From assembly GCA_030390025.1 (NCBI GenBank), contig CM059432.1:116996001-117060000 (forward strand): a stretch of DNA of 64,000 bases, in the 5' to 3' direction. This DNA is from Squalus acanthias. Taxonomy: Eukaryota. Below are positions 24,101 to 36,131 of this stretch, one piece after another. Under the pieces are notes generated by a model. The model searched no databases. It saw only the letters and a list, made by a program, of their open reading frames with translations, and had not been told where the DNA came from. The translations under genes and the position numbers were made by a program. The first letter of the stretch is position 1. Every line of letters starts with the position of its first letter.

Positions 24101-27062
24101 GAGTATAAAGACAGAGAGAGAGCGGAGACCCGTGAGTATAAAGAGAGAGAGAGCGGAGACCCCAGAGTATAAAGAGAGAGAGAGCGGAGACCCGAGAGTA
24201 TAAAGAGAGAGAGAGTGGAGACCCGTGAGTATAAATAGAGAGAGCGGAGACCCGAGATTATAAAGAGAGAGAGAGCGGAGACCCGAGAGTATAAAGAGAG
24301 AGAGAGCGGAGACCCCAGAGTATAAAGAGAGAGAGAGCGGAGACCCCAGAGTATAAAGAGAGAGAGAGTGGAGACCCCAGAGTATAAAGACAGAGAGAGA
24401 GCGGAGACCCGAGAGTATAAAGAGAGAGAGAGCGGAGACACCAGAGTATAAAGAGAGAGAGAGCGGAGACCCCAGTGTATAAATAGAGAGAGCGGAGACC
24501 CCAGAGTATAAAGAGAGAGAGCGCGGAGACACCAGAGTATAAAGAGAGAGAGAGCGGAGACCCCAGTGTATAAATAGAGAGAGCGGAGACCCCAGAGTAT
24601 AAAGAGAGAGAGCACGGAGACACCAGAGTATAAAGAGAGAGAAAGCGGAGACCCGAGAGTATAAAGAAAGAGAGAGAGCGGAGACCCCAGAGTATAAAGA
24701 GAGAGAGCGGAGACCCCAGAATATATAGTGAGAGAGAGGGGAGTCCCGAGTGTATAAAGAGAGAGAGAGAGTGGAGACCAGAGAGTATAAAGAGAGAGAG
24801 AGCGTAGACCCCAGAGTATAAAGAGAGAGAGAGCGCAGACCCGAGAGTATAAAGAGAGAGAGAGCGGAGACCCCAGAATATAAAGAGAGAGAGAGCGGAG
24901 ACCCCAGAGTATAAAGAGAGAGAGAGCGGAGACCCCAGAGTATAAAGAGAGAGAGCGCGGAGACCCCAGAGTATAAAGAGAGAGAGCGCGGAGACCCGAG
25001 AGTATAAAGAGAGAGAGCGCGGTTACCCCAGAGTATAAAGAGAGAGAGAGCGGAGACCCCCGAGTATAAAGAGAGAGAGAGAGGAGACCCCAGAATATAA
25101 AGAGAGAGAGAAATCGGAGACCCGAGTGTATAAAGAGAGAGAGAGCGGAGACCCCAGAGTATAAAGAAAGAGAGATCGGAGACCCGGGAGTATAAAAAGA
25201 GAGAGAGCGGAGATTCGTGAGTATAAAGAGAGAGAGAGCGGAGACCCGAGAGTATAAAGAGAGAGAGAGCGGTGACCCGAGATTATAAAGAGAGAGAGAG
25301 CGGAGACCCCAGAGTATAAAGAGAGAGCGGACACCGGAGAGTATAAAGAGAGAGAGTGGAGACCACAGAATATAAAGAGAGAGAGAGAGCGGAGATCCCA
25401 GAGTATAAAGAGAGAGAGAGTGGAGACCTGAGAGTATAAAGAGAGAGAGAGCGGAGATTCCAGAGTATAAAGAGAGAGAGCGGAGACCCCAGAGTATAAA
25501 GAGAGAGAGAGAGGAGACCCGTGAGTATAAATAGAGAGAGCGGAGACCCGAGATTATAAAGAGAGAGAGCGGAGACCCCAGAATATAAAGAGAGAGAGAG
25601 CAGAGACCCCAGAGTATAAAGAGAGAGAGAGCGGAGACCGGAGAGTATAAAGAGAGAGAGAGCGGAGAGCCGAGAATATAAATAGAGAGCGGACACCGGA
25701 GAGTATAAAGAGAGAGAGTGGAGACCACAGAATATAAAGAGAGAGAGAGAGCGGAGATCCCAGAGTATAAAGAGAGAGAGAGCCGAGACCACAGAATATA
25801 AAGAGAGAGAGAGAGCGGACATCCCAGAGGATAAAGAGAGAGAGCGGAGACCCCAGAGTATAAAGAGAGAGAGAGCGGTTTTCCCGGAATATAAAGAGAG
25901 AGAGAGCGGAGACCCGAGAGTATAAAGAGAGAGAGTGCGGAAAACGGGAGAGTATAAAGAGAGAGAGAGCGGAGATCCCAGAGTATAAAGAGAGAGAGAG
26001 CGGAGTCCCGAGTGTATAAAGTGAGAGAGAGCGGAGACCCAAGATTATAAAGAGAGAGAGAGCGGAGACCCCAGAGTATAAAGAGAGAGAGCGCGGAGAC
26101 CCCAGAGTATAAAGAGAGAGAGAGCGGAGACCACAGAATATAAAGAGAGAGAGAGAGCGGTTACCCCAGAGTATAAAGAGAGAGAAAGCGGAGACCACAG
26201 AATATAAAGAGAGAGAGAGAGCGGACATTTCAGAGTATAAAGAGAGAGAGAGTGGAGACCCGAGTGTATAAAGAGAGAGAGAGCGGAGACCCCAGAGTAT
26301 AAAGAGAGAGAGAGTGGAGACCCGAGTGTATAGAGAGAGAGAGACCGGAGACCCCAGAGTATAAAGAGAGAGAGAGCGGAGACCCGAGAGTATAAATAGA
26401 GGGAGCGGAGACCCGAGATTATAAAGAGAGAGAGCACGGAGACAACAGAGTATAAAGAGAGACAGAGCGGAGACCCCAGAGTATAAAGAGAGAGAGCGGA
26501 GACCCCAGAGTATAAAGAGAGGGAGAGCGGAGACCCGAGATTATAAAGAGAGAGAGAGCGGAGACCCCAGAGTATAAAGAGAGAGAGAGCGGAGACCCGA
26601 GAGTATAAAGAGAGAGAGAGCGGAGACACCAGAGTATAAAGAGAGAGAGAGCGTAGACCCGAGATTATAAAGAGAGAGAGAGCGGAGACCCCAGAGTATA
26701 AAGAGAGAGAGAGCGGAGACCCGAGATTATAAAGAGAGAGAGAGTGGAGACCCGAGAGTATAAAGAGAGAGCGGAGACCCCAGAGTATAAAGAGAGAGAG
26801 AGCCGAGACCCCAGAGCATAAAGAGAGAGCCGAGACCCCAGAATATAAAGAGAGAGAGAGCGGAGACCCGAGAGTATAAAGAGAGGAAGCGGCGACCCGA
26901 GAGTATAAAGAGAGAGAGAGTGGAGACCCGAGAGTATAAAGAGCGAGAGAGCGGAGACCCGAGAGTATAAAGAGCGAGAGAGCGGAGACCCGAGAGTATA
27001 AAGAGAGAGAGAGCGGAGACCCGAGAGTATAAAGTGAGGGAGCGGAGACCCCAGAGTATAAA
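12172..27062. repeat. ~14.9-kb GA-rich satellite array with a 4260-bp higher-order repeat
   Basis: About 480 monomers of 27-35 bp. Variant patterns recur at +4260 (line 12301 equals line 16561; 12961 equals 17221). Confidence 0.98.
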
Positions 27063-28219
27063 ACGGTGAGAGCAGGTCCCAGACAAACCAGAGGCAATAA
27101 AATATTGAATAACTGACATGAAAAGTTACTTCACAATCAGTGCAGAGCAAGAGGATTGGCAGAACCCGAGGAATTTAAGATAATTATCTAATTTACTTTG
27201 CACCATCTAATTTCAACTGTAAACTAATATGTCAGATTGGTGTAATTAATTCAATAAATAATGATAATATAGCCATCCTAGTTTGTGGGCATGTTGCTGA
27301 CGCTGAGCTCAGTGAGCAAATGAAGAAAATACTGCAGCTTTTTTTATATCATTACCTGCTCTAATTTATTTCCTTGGCTTCAGAATGGAATTCCTTTATT
27401 GTAAAGATCTCTTCCTGGTGCTGTGCAAAACCAAAATCTGACACCTTACATTGAAAATGTGATGGGGCAGATCCTTGCTATCAAAGTCTGGAACTGGCAG
27501 CAATCACCACATAAAGAAAGATTTGGTCTGGGTGCGAAGTGTTGTGCAGGTAGCAAACAGAAGAAATGCTTCCCCATGGTGAGCACGAGTTAACCTATGC
27601 ACTCGTTATGAGAAAGAGCTTTCATCATTTTGATAATATTATTCTGCTCCAATCTCTACATATTAATACGCAGCATGCTTTCACCCCGTAGCAACTGTCG
27701 TAGATGTCATATTGCTGACTCCCGCATAGTAAATACTGGGTAGGTAGTCAGCTGCCATTCCGAGTAATGAACCTCTTACAGAGGATAGCATTAAAATTAA
27801 TTATGAATATAATGAGGTTATACCAACTTTCTGCCTCCCCCGCACATTAAGTGAGATTCCTGGCAGGTTTGTTGGCACTGGCACCCAGCAGTCACTGTTT
27901 CCTTAGCTCTGTTTTCTGTAGGAGGGCTTGGAGGTCCGGGTGTGTAAAACTCTGGTTCTCCTGTGCCTGGTTGCCACGCTCTGCTGCCTTGTTTGTCTGC
28001 TCACCGCAGCAGCTCCTGCTGTGGACATTCTTGAAAAGTATGAGAAAAAGATTGACGAGACAAGCAGTGAAGTTTATCTGAGAGTCAAGTGACTGAGCCG
28101 AGCACTGCTCCTTCCTTATCTACTTGTCCCCTAGTCTGATGATGAAGTGAAGCAGCAGAACTGTCTTTTTAAAGGCTTCGCTCCAGTTTTTATGCAGCTT
28201 ACACATGTTTTACACATGC

Positions 28220-28926
28220 AGGCTCTGACCATCATTTTCCAATCCTCTCTGGCTACAGGCATGGTGCCGGAGGACTGGAGGACTGCTAACGTGGTACCGT
28301 TGTTTAAAAAGGGAGAAAGGGATAGACCGAGTAATTCCAGGCCAGTCAGCCTAACCTCGGTGGTGGGCAAATTATTGGAAAAAATTCTGAGGTACAGGAT
28401 AAATCGTCATTTAGAAAGGCATGGATTAATCAAGGAAAGTCATCATAGATTTGTTAAGGGAAGGTCATGTCTGACTAACTTGACTGAAATTTTTGAGGAG
28501 GTTACAAGGAGAGTTGATGATAGTAGCGTGTTTGATGTAGTCTACATAGATTTTAGCAAGGCTTTTGACAAGGTCGCACATGGCAGACTGGTCAGAAAAG
28601 TAAAAGCCCATGGGATCCAAGGCAAAGTGGCAAGTTGGATCCAAAATTGGCTCAGTGGCAGGAAGCAAAGGGTAATGATTGACGGGTGTTTTTGTGATGG
28701 AAGGCTGTTTCCAGTGGGATTCCACAGGGCTCAGTACTAAGTCCCTTGCTTTTTATGATATATATCAATGATTTAGACTTCAATGTAGGGGACATGATTA
28801 AGGAGTTTGCAGATGATACAAAAATTGGCCATGCAGTTGATAGTGAGGAAGAAAGCTGTAGACTGCAGGATGATATCGATGGACTGGCCAGGTGGGCAGA
28901 AAAGTGGCAAATGGAATTCAATCCAG
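28220..28926 (+). mobile_element. CR1 LINE ORF2 (RT) fragment
   Basis: PEDWRTANVVPLFKKG, DFSKAFDKV, FADDTK; frameshifted. Confidence 0.92.
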
Positions 28927-28929
28927 AAA

Positions 28930-29348
28930 TAGTTCCTTCCTATCCACTCTATCTAGGCCCTTCATAATTTTATACACCTCAATCAAGTCTCCCCTCAACC
29001 TCCTCTATTCCAAAGAAAACAACCCCAGCCTATCCAATCTTTCCTCATAGCTAAAATTCTCCAGTCCTGGCAACATGTTCATAAACCTCCTCTGTACCCT
29101 CTCCAGTGCAATCACATATTTCCTGTAATGTGGTGACCAGAACTGTACACAGTACTCTAGCTGTGGTCTAACTAGTGTTTTATACAGTTCAAGCATATCC
29201 TTTCTACACTTACATTCTTTGCTTTGGCTAATAAAGGAAAGCATCCCGTATGCCCTCTGAACCATCTTATCTACCTGCCCTGCTACCTTCAGGGATCTGT
29301 GGACATGCACTCCAAGGTCCCTCTGTTTTTCTACACTTCTCAGTATCC
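28930..29348 (-). mobile_element. CR1 ORF2 C-terminal fragment, inverted
   Basis: QRDLGVHV...LVRPQLEYCVQFWSP...LGLFSLE on the minus strand. Confidence 0.9.
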
Positions 29349-29349
29349 T

Positions 29350-29860
29350 AACCTTCCAATGTCCCCCCACCGACCTGCGATCTTCCTCCCAACCGCAATC
29401 TCCCTTCTTCGTCCTCTGTTCTCCACCCACCCCGGTCTCTATAATCTTCTCCCTGACCACCACGATCTCCCCCCAACCTCTGATTTCCCCACCCCCCCAA
29501 TCTCAATGATCTCCCCCACAACTTCTGATCTCCCCACCCCCCCCGCAATCTCCACGATCTCCCCCCAACCTCTGATCTCCCCGCCCCCCAATCTCCACGA
29601 TCTCCCCCCAACCTCTGATTCCCCAACCCCCAATCTCCACGATCTCCCCCCCAACATCCACAATCTCCCCCGACCGCCACGATGTCCACCCCGAACTCTA
29701 CAATCTCCCCCCGACCTTCATGATCTCCCCCGACATCCGATCTCACGCCAGACCTACACGATCTCCCCCCCGACCTCCATGATCTCCCCCAACGACCTCC
29801 GATCTCTCCCAACCTTCCATCCACGATCTCCCCCTGACCCACAATCTCTTCTTCCCTCCT
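29350..29860. repeat. Degenerate C-rich minisatellite
   Basis: Recurrent CCACGATCTCCCCCC / ACCTCTGAT / CAATCTC units. Confidence 0.85.
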
Positions 29861-29937
29861 CTCCAGTCCCCGGCTGCAGCCTTCCAGTGCAGGCCTTCCC
29901 GCCCGACAGCCAGCCAGCCTCTGAATCTGGTAAGATA

Positions 29938-31101
29938 GCAAAATACTGCGGATGCTGGAAATCCAAAATAACAACAGAAAACGCTGGAAAACTCAGCAGG
30001 CCAGGCAGCATCCGTGGAGAGAGAAACAGAGTTAACGTTTCAGGTCGAAGACCTTTCGTCAGAACTGGAAAAAAGCAGGAAATGAAATAGATTTAAAGCA
30101 AATATAATGTTGGGAAAAGGGGGAGGGGATGAAAGAACAAAAGGGAAGGTCAGTGGTAGGATAGAAAGCAAGAGAGATTAAGAGACATTGAGAGACATTA
30201 AGAGATATTCAAGGCAAGAGGAGGTGGTAATGTGACAGGTTGAGGCTAGATGAAGTGTGAAATGCGCTGGCAGAATGAAGGACAGCTGCCAGCTTCTGGG
30301 AGGGAAGAAAAAAGGCCAAACAAAAGGGTGGATGAAAAAATAAAATAAAAATATATAAATATGTGATAGGGGCCGGGGTTATGATCTGAAATTGTTGAAC
30401 TCTATGTTGAGTCCAGAGGGCTGTAGAGTGCCTAAACGAAAGATGAGGTGCTGTTCCTCGAGCTTATGCTGAGCTTCCGTGGAACAATGCAAGAGGCCGA
30501 GGACGGTGAGGTCAGAGTGGGAGTGGAGCGGAGAATTAAAGTGACAGGCCACTGGGAGCTCGGGGTCCCCCTTACGGACTGAACGGAGGTGTTCCGCAAA
30601 GCGGTCACCCAATCTGCGTTTGGTCTCCCCAATGTAGAGGAGACCACATCGTGAGCAGCGAATACAGTATACTAAATTGCAGGAAGTACAAGTAAATCGC
30701 TGTTTCACCTGGAAGGGGTGTTTGGGGCCCTGGACAGTAGGAAGGGGGGAGGTAGAAGGGCATGTGTTGCATCTCCTGCGCTTGCACGGGAAGGTGCCGG
30801 GCGAAGGGGAAGGAGTGCTGGGGGTGGTAAAGGAGTGGACTAGGGTGTTGCGGAGGGAGCGGTCCCTGCGGAATGCTGAAAGGGGAGGTGAGGGGAAAAT
30901 GTGTTTGGTGGTGGGATCACGCTGTAGGTGGCGGAAATGGCGGAGGATGATCCGTTGAATGTGGAGGCTGGTGAGGTGAAATGTGAGGACAAGGGGAACT
31001 CTATCATGGTTCCGGGAGGGAGGGGCAGGGGTGAGGGCAGAAGTTTCTCTCTCCACGGATGCTGCCTGGCCTGCTGAGTTTTTCCAGCGTTTTCTGTTGT
31101 T
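29938..31101 (-). mobile_element. Penelope-like retroelement, 5'-truncated, with GIY-YIG endonuclease
   Basis: ORF 30379..31056 has CKRRRCNTC and VYCIRCSRCGLLYIGETKRRLGDRFAEH...GLN. The 3' terminal repeat is at 29938..30070, with an inverted partial copy at 31043..31101. Confidence 0.92.
30030..30066 (-). ncRNA. Minimal hammerhead ribozyme in the Penelope terminal repeat
   Basis: Minus strand reads AGTT CTGACGA A AGGTC TTC GACCT GAAA CGTT AACT: conserved core, stem II, palindromic stem III and stem I (AGTT/AACT). Confidence 0.8.
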
Positions 31102-31194
31102 ATCTCAATCTGGTAATCTCCTTCTCCAGTTCCTCCCTCCCAAGTTCACAGTGACAGTCAACCTTCTCAATGCGCTCCAGTGTTATCTTTGACA

Positions 31195-31620
31195 GTTGTT
31201 AGCACTCTCGCCTATGAGTCAGAAGGTTGTAGATTCAAGTCCCACTTTAGAGACTTGAGCACATAATCTCGGCTGATGCTCCAGTGCAATACCGAGGGAG
31301 TGCTGCACTGTCGGAGTGGCCGTCTATCGGAGGAGATGTTAAACCATGGCCCCATCTGGACTCTCAGGTTGATGCAAAAGATCCCACGGCACTATTCGAA
31401 GAAGAGGAGGGGAGTTCTCCCAGTCTCCTGGCCAATATTTATCCTTCAATCAACATTTAAGAAACAGATTATCTGGTCATTTATCTCATTGCTGTTTGTG
31501 GGAACTTGCTGGGAGCAGATTGGCTGTTGTTTTTCCTACATTACAACAGTGACTACATTTTAAAAGTACTTCATTAGCTGGAAAAGTGCTTTGGGATGTC
31601 CTGAGGTCATGAATGGCGCT
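31195..31620 (+). mobile_element. tRNA-derived Deu-domain SINE (SacSINE1/AmnSINE1-like)
   Basis: B-box-like GATTCAAGTCCC head, body GATCCCACGGCACTATTCGAAGAAGAG...CCTGGCCAATATTTATCC and an L2-like tail. Confidence 0.8.
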
Positions 31621-32216
31621 TAGGGTGAAAGGTTCATGGGCATAAAAATTGAGGGCCATGGTCATTTCAATGGCCACTGGCAGTGCCAGCCCAATATAGG
31701 TCTTCTTGAAGTAGATGGCGGACCTCGGTATTACCTCCCTGCTAAACATGAGACTCCAGAGGCAGTGCTCTTCAGGGATCGCTAGGTAGCTGAGTGCAAG
31801 TCAGCAGAGAGTGCTGTGAGTTTGGGTAAGTGGGATAAGTTCTTTAATTGTTAGTTCTCTTTAAATCATTCTTGATAAGAGTACTTAAGCAGTTTAAGTG
31901 AAGGGGAAAAGTTAACTATTTGGGATTCTGTTGGTTTTAGAAGAGTAAAACAAGGTTACACTGCAGTAGCAGTAAATTGGCACAGCAGGCAGTGGAAACC
32001 AGTTTTCTAATCAATCAGCAGGGGTCAAAGTCAGAGGGCGGGGCCAATTCATTGGTACCTGTATATAGGTGGAGCTGTTGCTAAACCCGAGCCACTACAC
32101 TAGTAGAGTCTCCCACCTCCTCTAACCTTTAGGGGTAGAGGGAATTTAAAAGGTAGGTTCGATTTATATTTTGTTTTCAGGGACTTAACTTAATAAAGTA
32201 ATATAAGGGTTAAGTC

Positions 32217-33161
32217 ATGGCAGAAAATCTCAGAACCGTGTCGTGCTCCTCCTGTGCTATGTGGGAAATCAGGGACACTTCCAGTGTCCCTGACAACTAT
32301 GTGTGCAGGAAGTGCGTCCAGCTGCAGCTCCTGACGGACCGCATGGCGGCACTGGAGCTACGGATGGACTCACTCTGGAGCATCCACGATGCCGAGAACT
32401 TTGTGGATTACTCATTTAGTGAGTTGAACACACTGCGGGTAAAGGCTAGGTCAGACAGTAAATGGGTGACCAAGAGGCAGAGCAATATCAGGAAGGTAGT
32501 GCAGGAGTCCCCTGCGGTCGTCTCCCTCCAAAACAGATATACCGTTTTGGATACTGTTGGGAGAAATGACCTACCAGGGGAAGGCACCAGCAGCCAGGTT
32601 CATGGCACCATGGCTGGCTCTGCTGCACAGCAGGGCGGGAAAAAGAGTGGTAGAGCTATAGTGATAGGGGACTCAATTGTAAGGGGAATAGACAGGAGTT
32701 TCTGTGGCCGCAACCGAGATTCCAGGATGGTATGTTGCCTCCCTGGTGCAAGGGTCAAGGATGTCTCGGAGCGGCTGCAGAACATTCTGGAAAGGGAGGG
32801 TGAAGAGCCAGCTGTCGTGGTGCATGTAGGTACCAACGATATAGGTAAAAAGCGGGAAGAGGTCCTACAAGCAGAATTTAGGGAGCTAGGAGCTAAATTG
32901 AAAAGTAGGACATCAAAGGTAGTAATCGCTGGGTTGCTACCAGTGCCACGTGCTAATCAGAGTAGCATGAACAGGATAGCGAGATTAAATACGTGGCTTG
33001 AGCAGTGGTGCAGGAGGGAGGGATTCAAATACCTGAGGCATTGGAACCAGTTCTGGGGGAAGTGGGACCTGTACAAAAGGGATGGTCTGCACTTGGGCAG
33101 GACTGGAACCGATGTCCTCGGGGTAATATTTGCTAAGGCAGTTCGGGCGGATTTAAACTAA
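32217..33161 (+). CDS. CR1 ORF1: zinc finger plus SGNH/GDSL esterase
   Basis: CSSC...CRKC, VIGDSIVR, VHVGTND and DGLHL motifs; intact 314 aa. Confidence 0.93.
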   Translation: MAENLRTVSCSSCAMWEIRDTSSVPDNYVCRKCVQLQLLTDRMAALELRMDSLWSIHDAENFVDYSFSELNTLRVKARSDSKWVTKRQSNIRKVVQESPAVVSLQNRYTVLDTVGRNDLPGEGTSSQVHGTMAGSAAQQGGKKSGRAIVIGDSIVRGIDRSFCGRNRDSRMVCCLPGARVKDVSERLQNILEREGEEPAVVVHVGTNDIGKKREEVLQAEFRELGAKLKSRTSKVVIAGLLPVPRANQSSMNRIARLNTWLEQWCRREGFKYLRHWNQFWGKWDLYKRDGLHLGRTGTDVLGVIFAKAVRADLN

Positions 33162-33208
33162 TATGGCAGGGGAATGGGAACCTATGTAGCGAAACAGGGG
33201 GAAGTAAT

Positions 33209-36131
33209 ATGCAGTCAGAAACAAATGTTAGAAGGGTGAGAAACAATAAGGGAAATCCGAGTAAACAAAGGCAAGAAACACAAAGGGCCATACTAAATCA
33301 TAAGTCTAAAAGGACAAAGGGTGTTAATAAAACAAGCCTAAAGGCTCTGTGTCTTAATGCAAGGAGTATCCGTAATAAGGTGGATGAATTGACTGTGCAA
33401 ATTGATGTTAACGGATATGATGTGATTGGGATTACAGAGACGTGGCTCCAGAACAATCAAGGCTGGGAACTGAATATCCAGGGGTATTCAACATTCAGGA
33501 AGGATAGAATAAAAGGAAAAGGGGGTGGGGTAGCATTGCTGGTTAAAAAGGAGATTAATGCAATAGCTAGGAAGGACATTAGCTTGGAGGATGTGGAATC
33601 AATATGGGTTGAGCTGCAGAACACCAAAGGGCAGAAAACGTTAGTGGGGGTTGTGTACAGACCTCCAAACATTAGTAGTGAGGTGGGGGAGGGTATGAAA
33701 CAGGAAATCAGAGGTGCATGCAAAAAAGGCGCAGCAGTTATCATGGGTGACTTTAATATGCATATAGATTGGGCTACTCAAACTGGAAGCAATACGGTGG
33801 AGGAGGATTTCCTGGAGTGTTTAAGGGATGGTTTCCTAAACCAATATGTTGAGGAACCAACTAGAGGGGAGGCCATCCTGGACTGGGTGTTGTGTAATGA
33901 GGAAGGACTATTCAGCAATCTTGTGGTGCGAGGCCCCTTGGGGAAGAGTGACCATAGTATGGTGGAGTTCTACATTAGGATGGAGAAGGAAACAGTTAAT
34001 TCAGAGACCATGGTCCAGAACTTAAATAAAGGCAACTTTGAGGATATGAGGCATGAATTGGCGAGGTTAGATTGGCAAGCGATATTTAAGGGGTTATCAG
34101 TGGAAGGGCAATGGCAGACATTTAGAGATCGCATGGATGAACTACAGCAATTGTACATCCCTGTCTGGCGTAAAAATAAAAAAGGGAAGGTGGCTCAACC
34201 ATGGCTAACAAGGGAAATCAGGGATAGTATTAAAAGCAAGGAAGTGGCATACAAATTGGCCAGAAGTAGCAGCAAACCCTGGGGACTGGGAGAACTTTAA
34301 AACTCAGCAGAGGAGGACGAAGGGTTTGATTAGGGCAGGGAAAATAAAATATGAAAGGAAGCTTGCGGAGAACATTAAAACGGACTGCAAAAGCTTCTAT
34401 AAATATGTAAAAAGAAAGAGGTTAGTAAAAACAAACGTAGGTCCCCTGCAATCAGAAACAGGGGAAGTCATAATGGGGAACAAAGAAATGGCAGATCAAT
34501 TGAACAAGTACTTTGGTTCGATGTTTACTGTGGAGGACACAAACAACCTTCCGGAAATAAAAGAGATCAAAGGATCTGGTAAGAGGGAGGAGCTGAGGGA
34601 AATCCTTATCAGTCGGGAAAAGGTGTTGGGGAAATTGATGGGACTGAAGGCTGATAAATCCCCAGGGCCTGATGGTCTGCATCCCAGAGTACTGAAGGAG
34701 GTGGCCTTGGAAATAGTGGATGCATTGACGATCATTTTCCAACATTCCTTAGACTCTGGATCAGTTCCGAAGGAGTGGAGGGTGGCTAATGTAACCCCTC
34801 TTTTTAAAAAAGGAGGGAGGGAGAAAGCAGGGAATTATAGACCGGTCAGCCTGACATCGGTGGTGGGTAAAATGATGGAATCAATTATTAAAGATGTCAT
34901 AACAGACCATTTGGAAAGTGGCGACATGATAGGTCCAAGTCTGCATGGATTTGTGAAAGGGAAATCATGCTTGACAAATCTTCTGGAATTTTTTGAGGAT
35001 GTTTCCAATAGGGTGGACGGGGGGGAACCAGTAGATGTGGTGTATTTGGACTTTCAGAAGGCCTTCGACAAGGTCCCACAGAAGAGATTGGTGTGCAAAG
35101 TTAAAGCACATGGGATTGGGGGTAATGTGTTGACGTGGATTGAGAACTGGTTGGCACACAGGAAACAAAGAGTAGGAGTAAATGGGTACTTTTCAGAATG
35201 GCAGGCAGTGACCAGCGGGGTACCGCAGGGTTCGGTGCTGGGGCCCCAGCTGTTTACATTATATATTAATGATTTGGACGAAGGGATTAATTGTAATATC
35301 TCCAAATTTGCGGATGACACTAAATTGGGAGGCAGTGTGAACAATGAGGAGGATGCTAGGAGGCTACAGAGTGACTTGGACAGGTTGGGTGAATGGGCAA
35401 ATGTATGGCAGATGAAGTACAATGTGGATAAATGCGAGGTTATCCACTTTGGTGGTAAAAATAGGGAGGCAGACTATTACCTGAATGGTGGCAGATTAGG
35501 GAAAGGGGAGGTGCAACGAGACCTAGGCATCATGGTACATCAGTCACTGAAGGTGGGAAGGCAAGTGCAGCAGGCAGTCAAGAAAGCAAATGGCATGATG
35601 GCCTTCATAGCAAGGGGATTTGAGTACAGGAGTAGGGAGGTGATGCTACAGTTGTACAGGGCCTTGGTGAGGCCACACCTGGAGTATTGTGTGCAGTTTT
35701 GGTCTCCTAACTTGAGGAAGGACATTCTTGCTATTGAGGGAGTGCAACAAAGGTTCACTAGATTGATTCCTGGGATAACCAGACTGACATATCAAGAAAG
35801 ATTGGATCAACTGAACTTGTATCCTCTGGAGTTCAGAAGAATGAGGGGGAATATTACAGAGACGTTTAAAATCCTGACTGGTTTAGACAAATTAGATGCG
35901 GGCAGAATGTTTCCAATGTTAGGGAAAACTAAAACCAGGGGTCACAGTCTAAGGATAAAGGGGAAGCCATTTAAGACTGAGATGAGGAGGAACTGCTTCA
36001 CCCAGAGAGTGGTGAATCTGTGGAATTCTCTACCACAGAAGGTTGTTGAGGCCAGTTCGCTAAATATATTCAAAAGGGAGTTAGATATAATACTCACAAC
36101 TAGAGGGATCAAGGGAGGAATGGGGTACTGA
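33209..36131 (+). pseudogene. CR1 ORF2 (APE endonuclease plus RT), one frameshift near 34280
   Basis: GITETW, MGDFN and SDH motifs; then GVPQGSVLGP, KFADDTK and LVRPHLEYC. Confidence 0.95.

Noticed and set aside
12172..27062. CRISPR-like regular repeat array
   Set aside because: No unique spacers, no cas genes, and a vertebrate context.
12139..27150. Very long Leu/Ser-rich ORFs (up to 858 aa) on the minus strand
   Set aside because: They are open in all three frames because the TC-rich monomer rarely contains stops; a satellite artefact.
29224..30090. Pro-rich and Gly-rich ORFs on both strands
   Set aside because: Translations of the C-rich minisatellite.
31195..31260. tRNA gene (also near 61320 and 61900)
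   Set aside because: These are SINE heads without a full cloverleaf.
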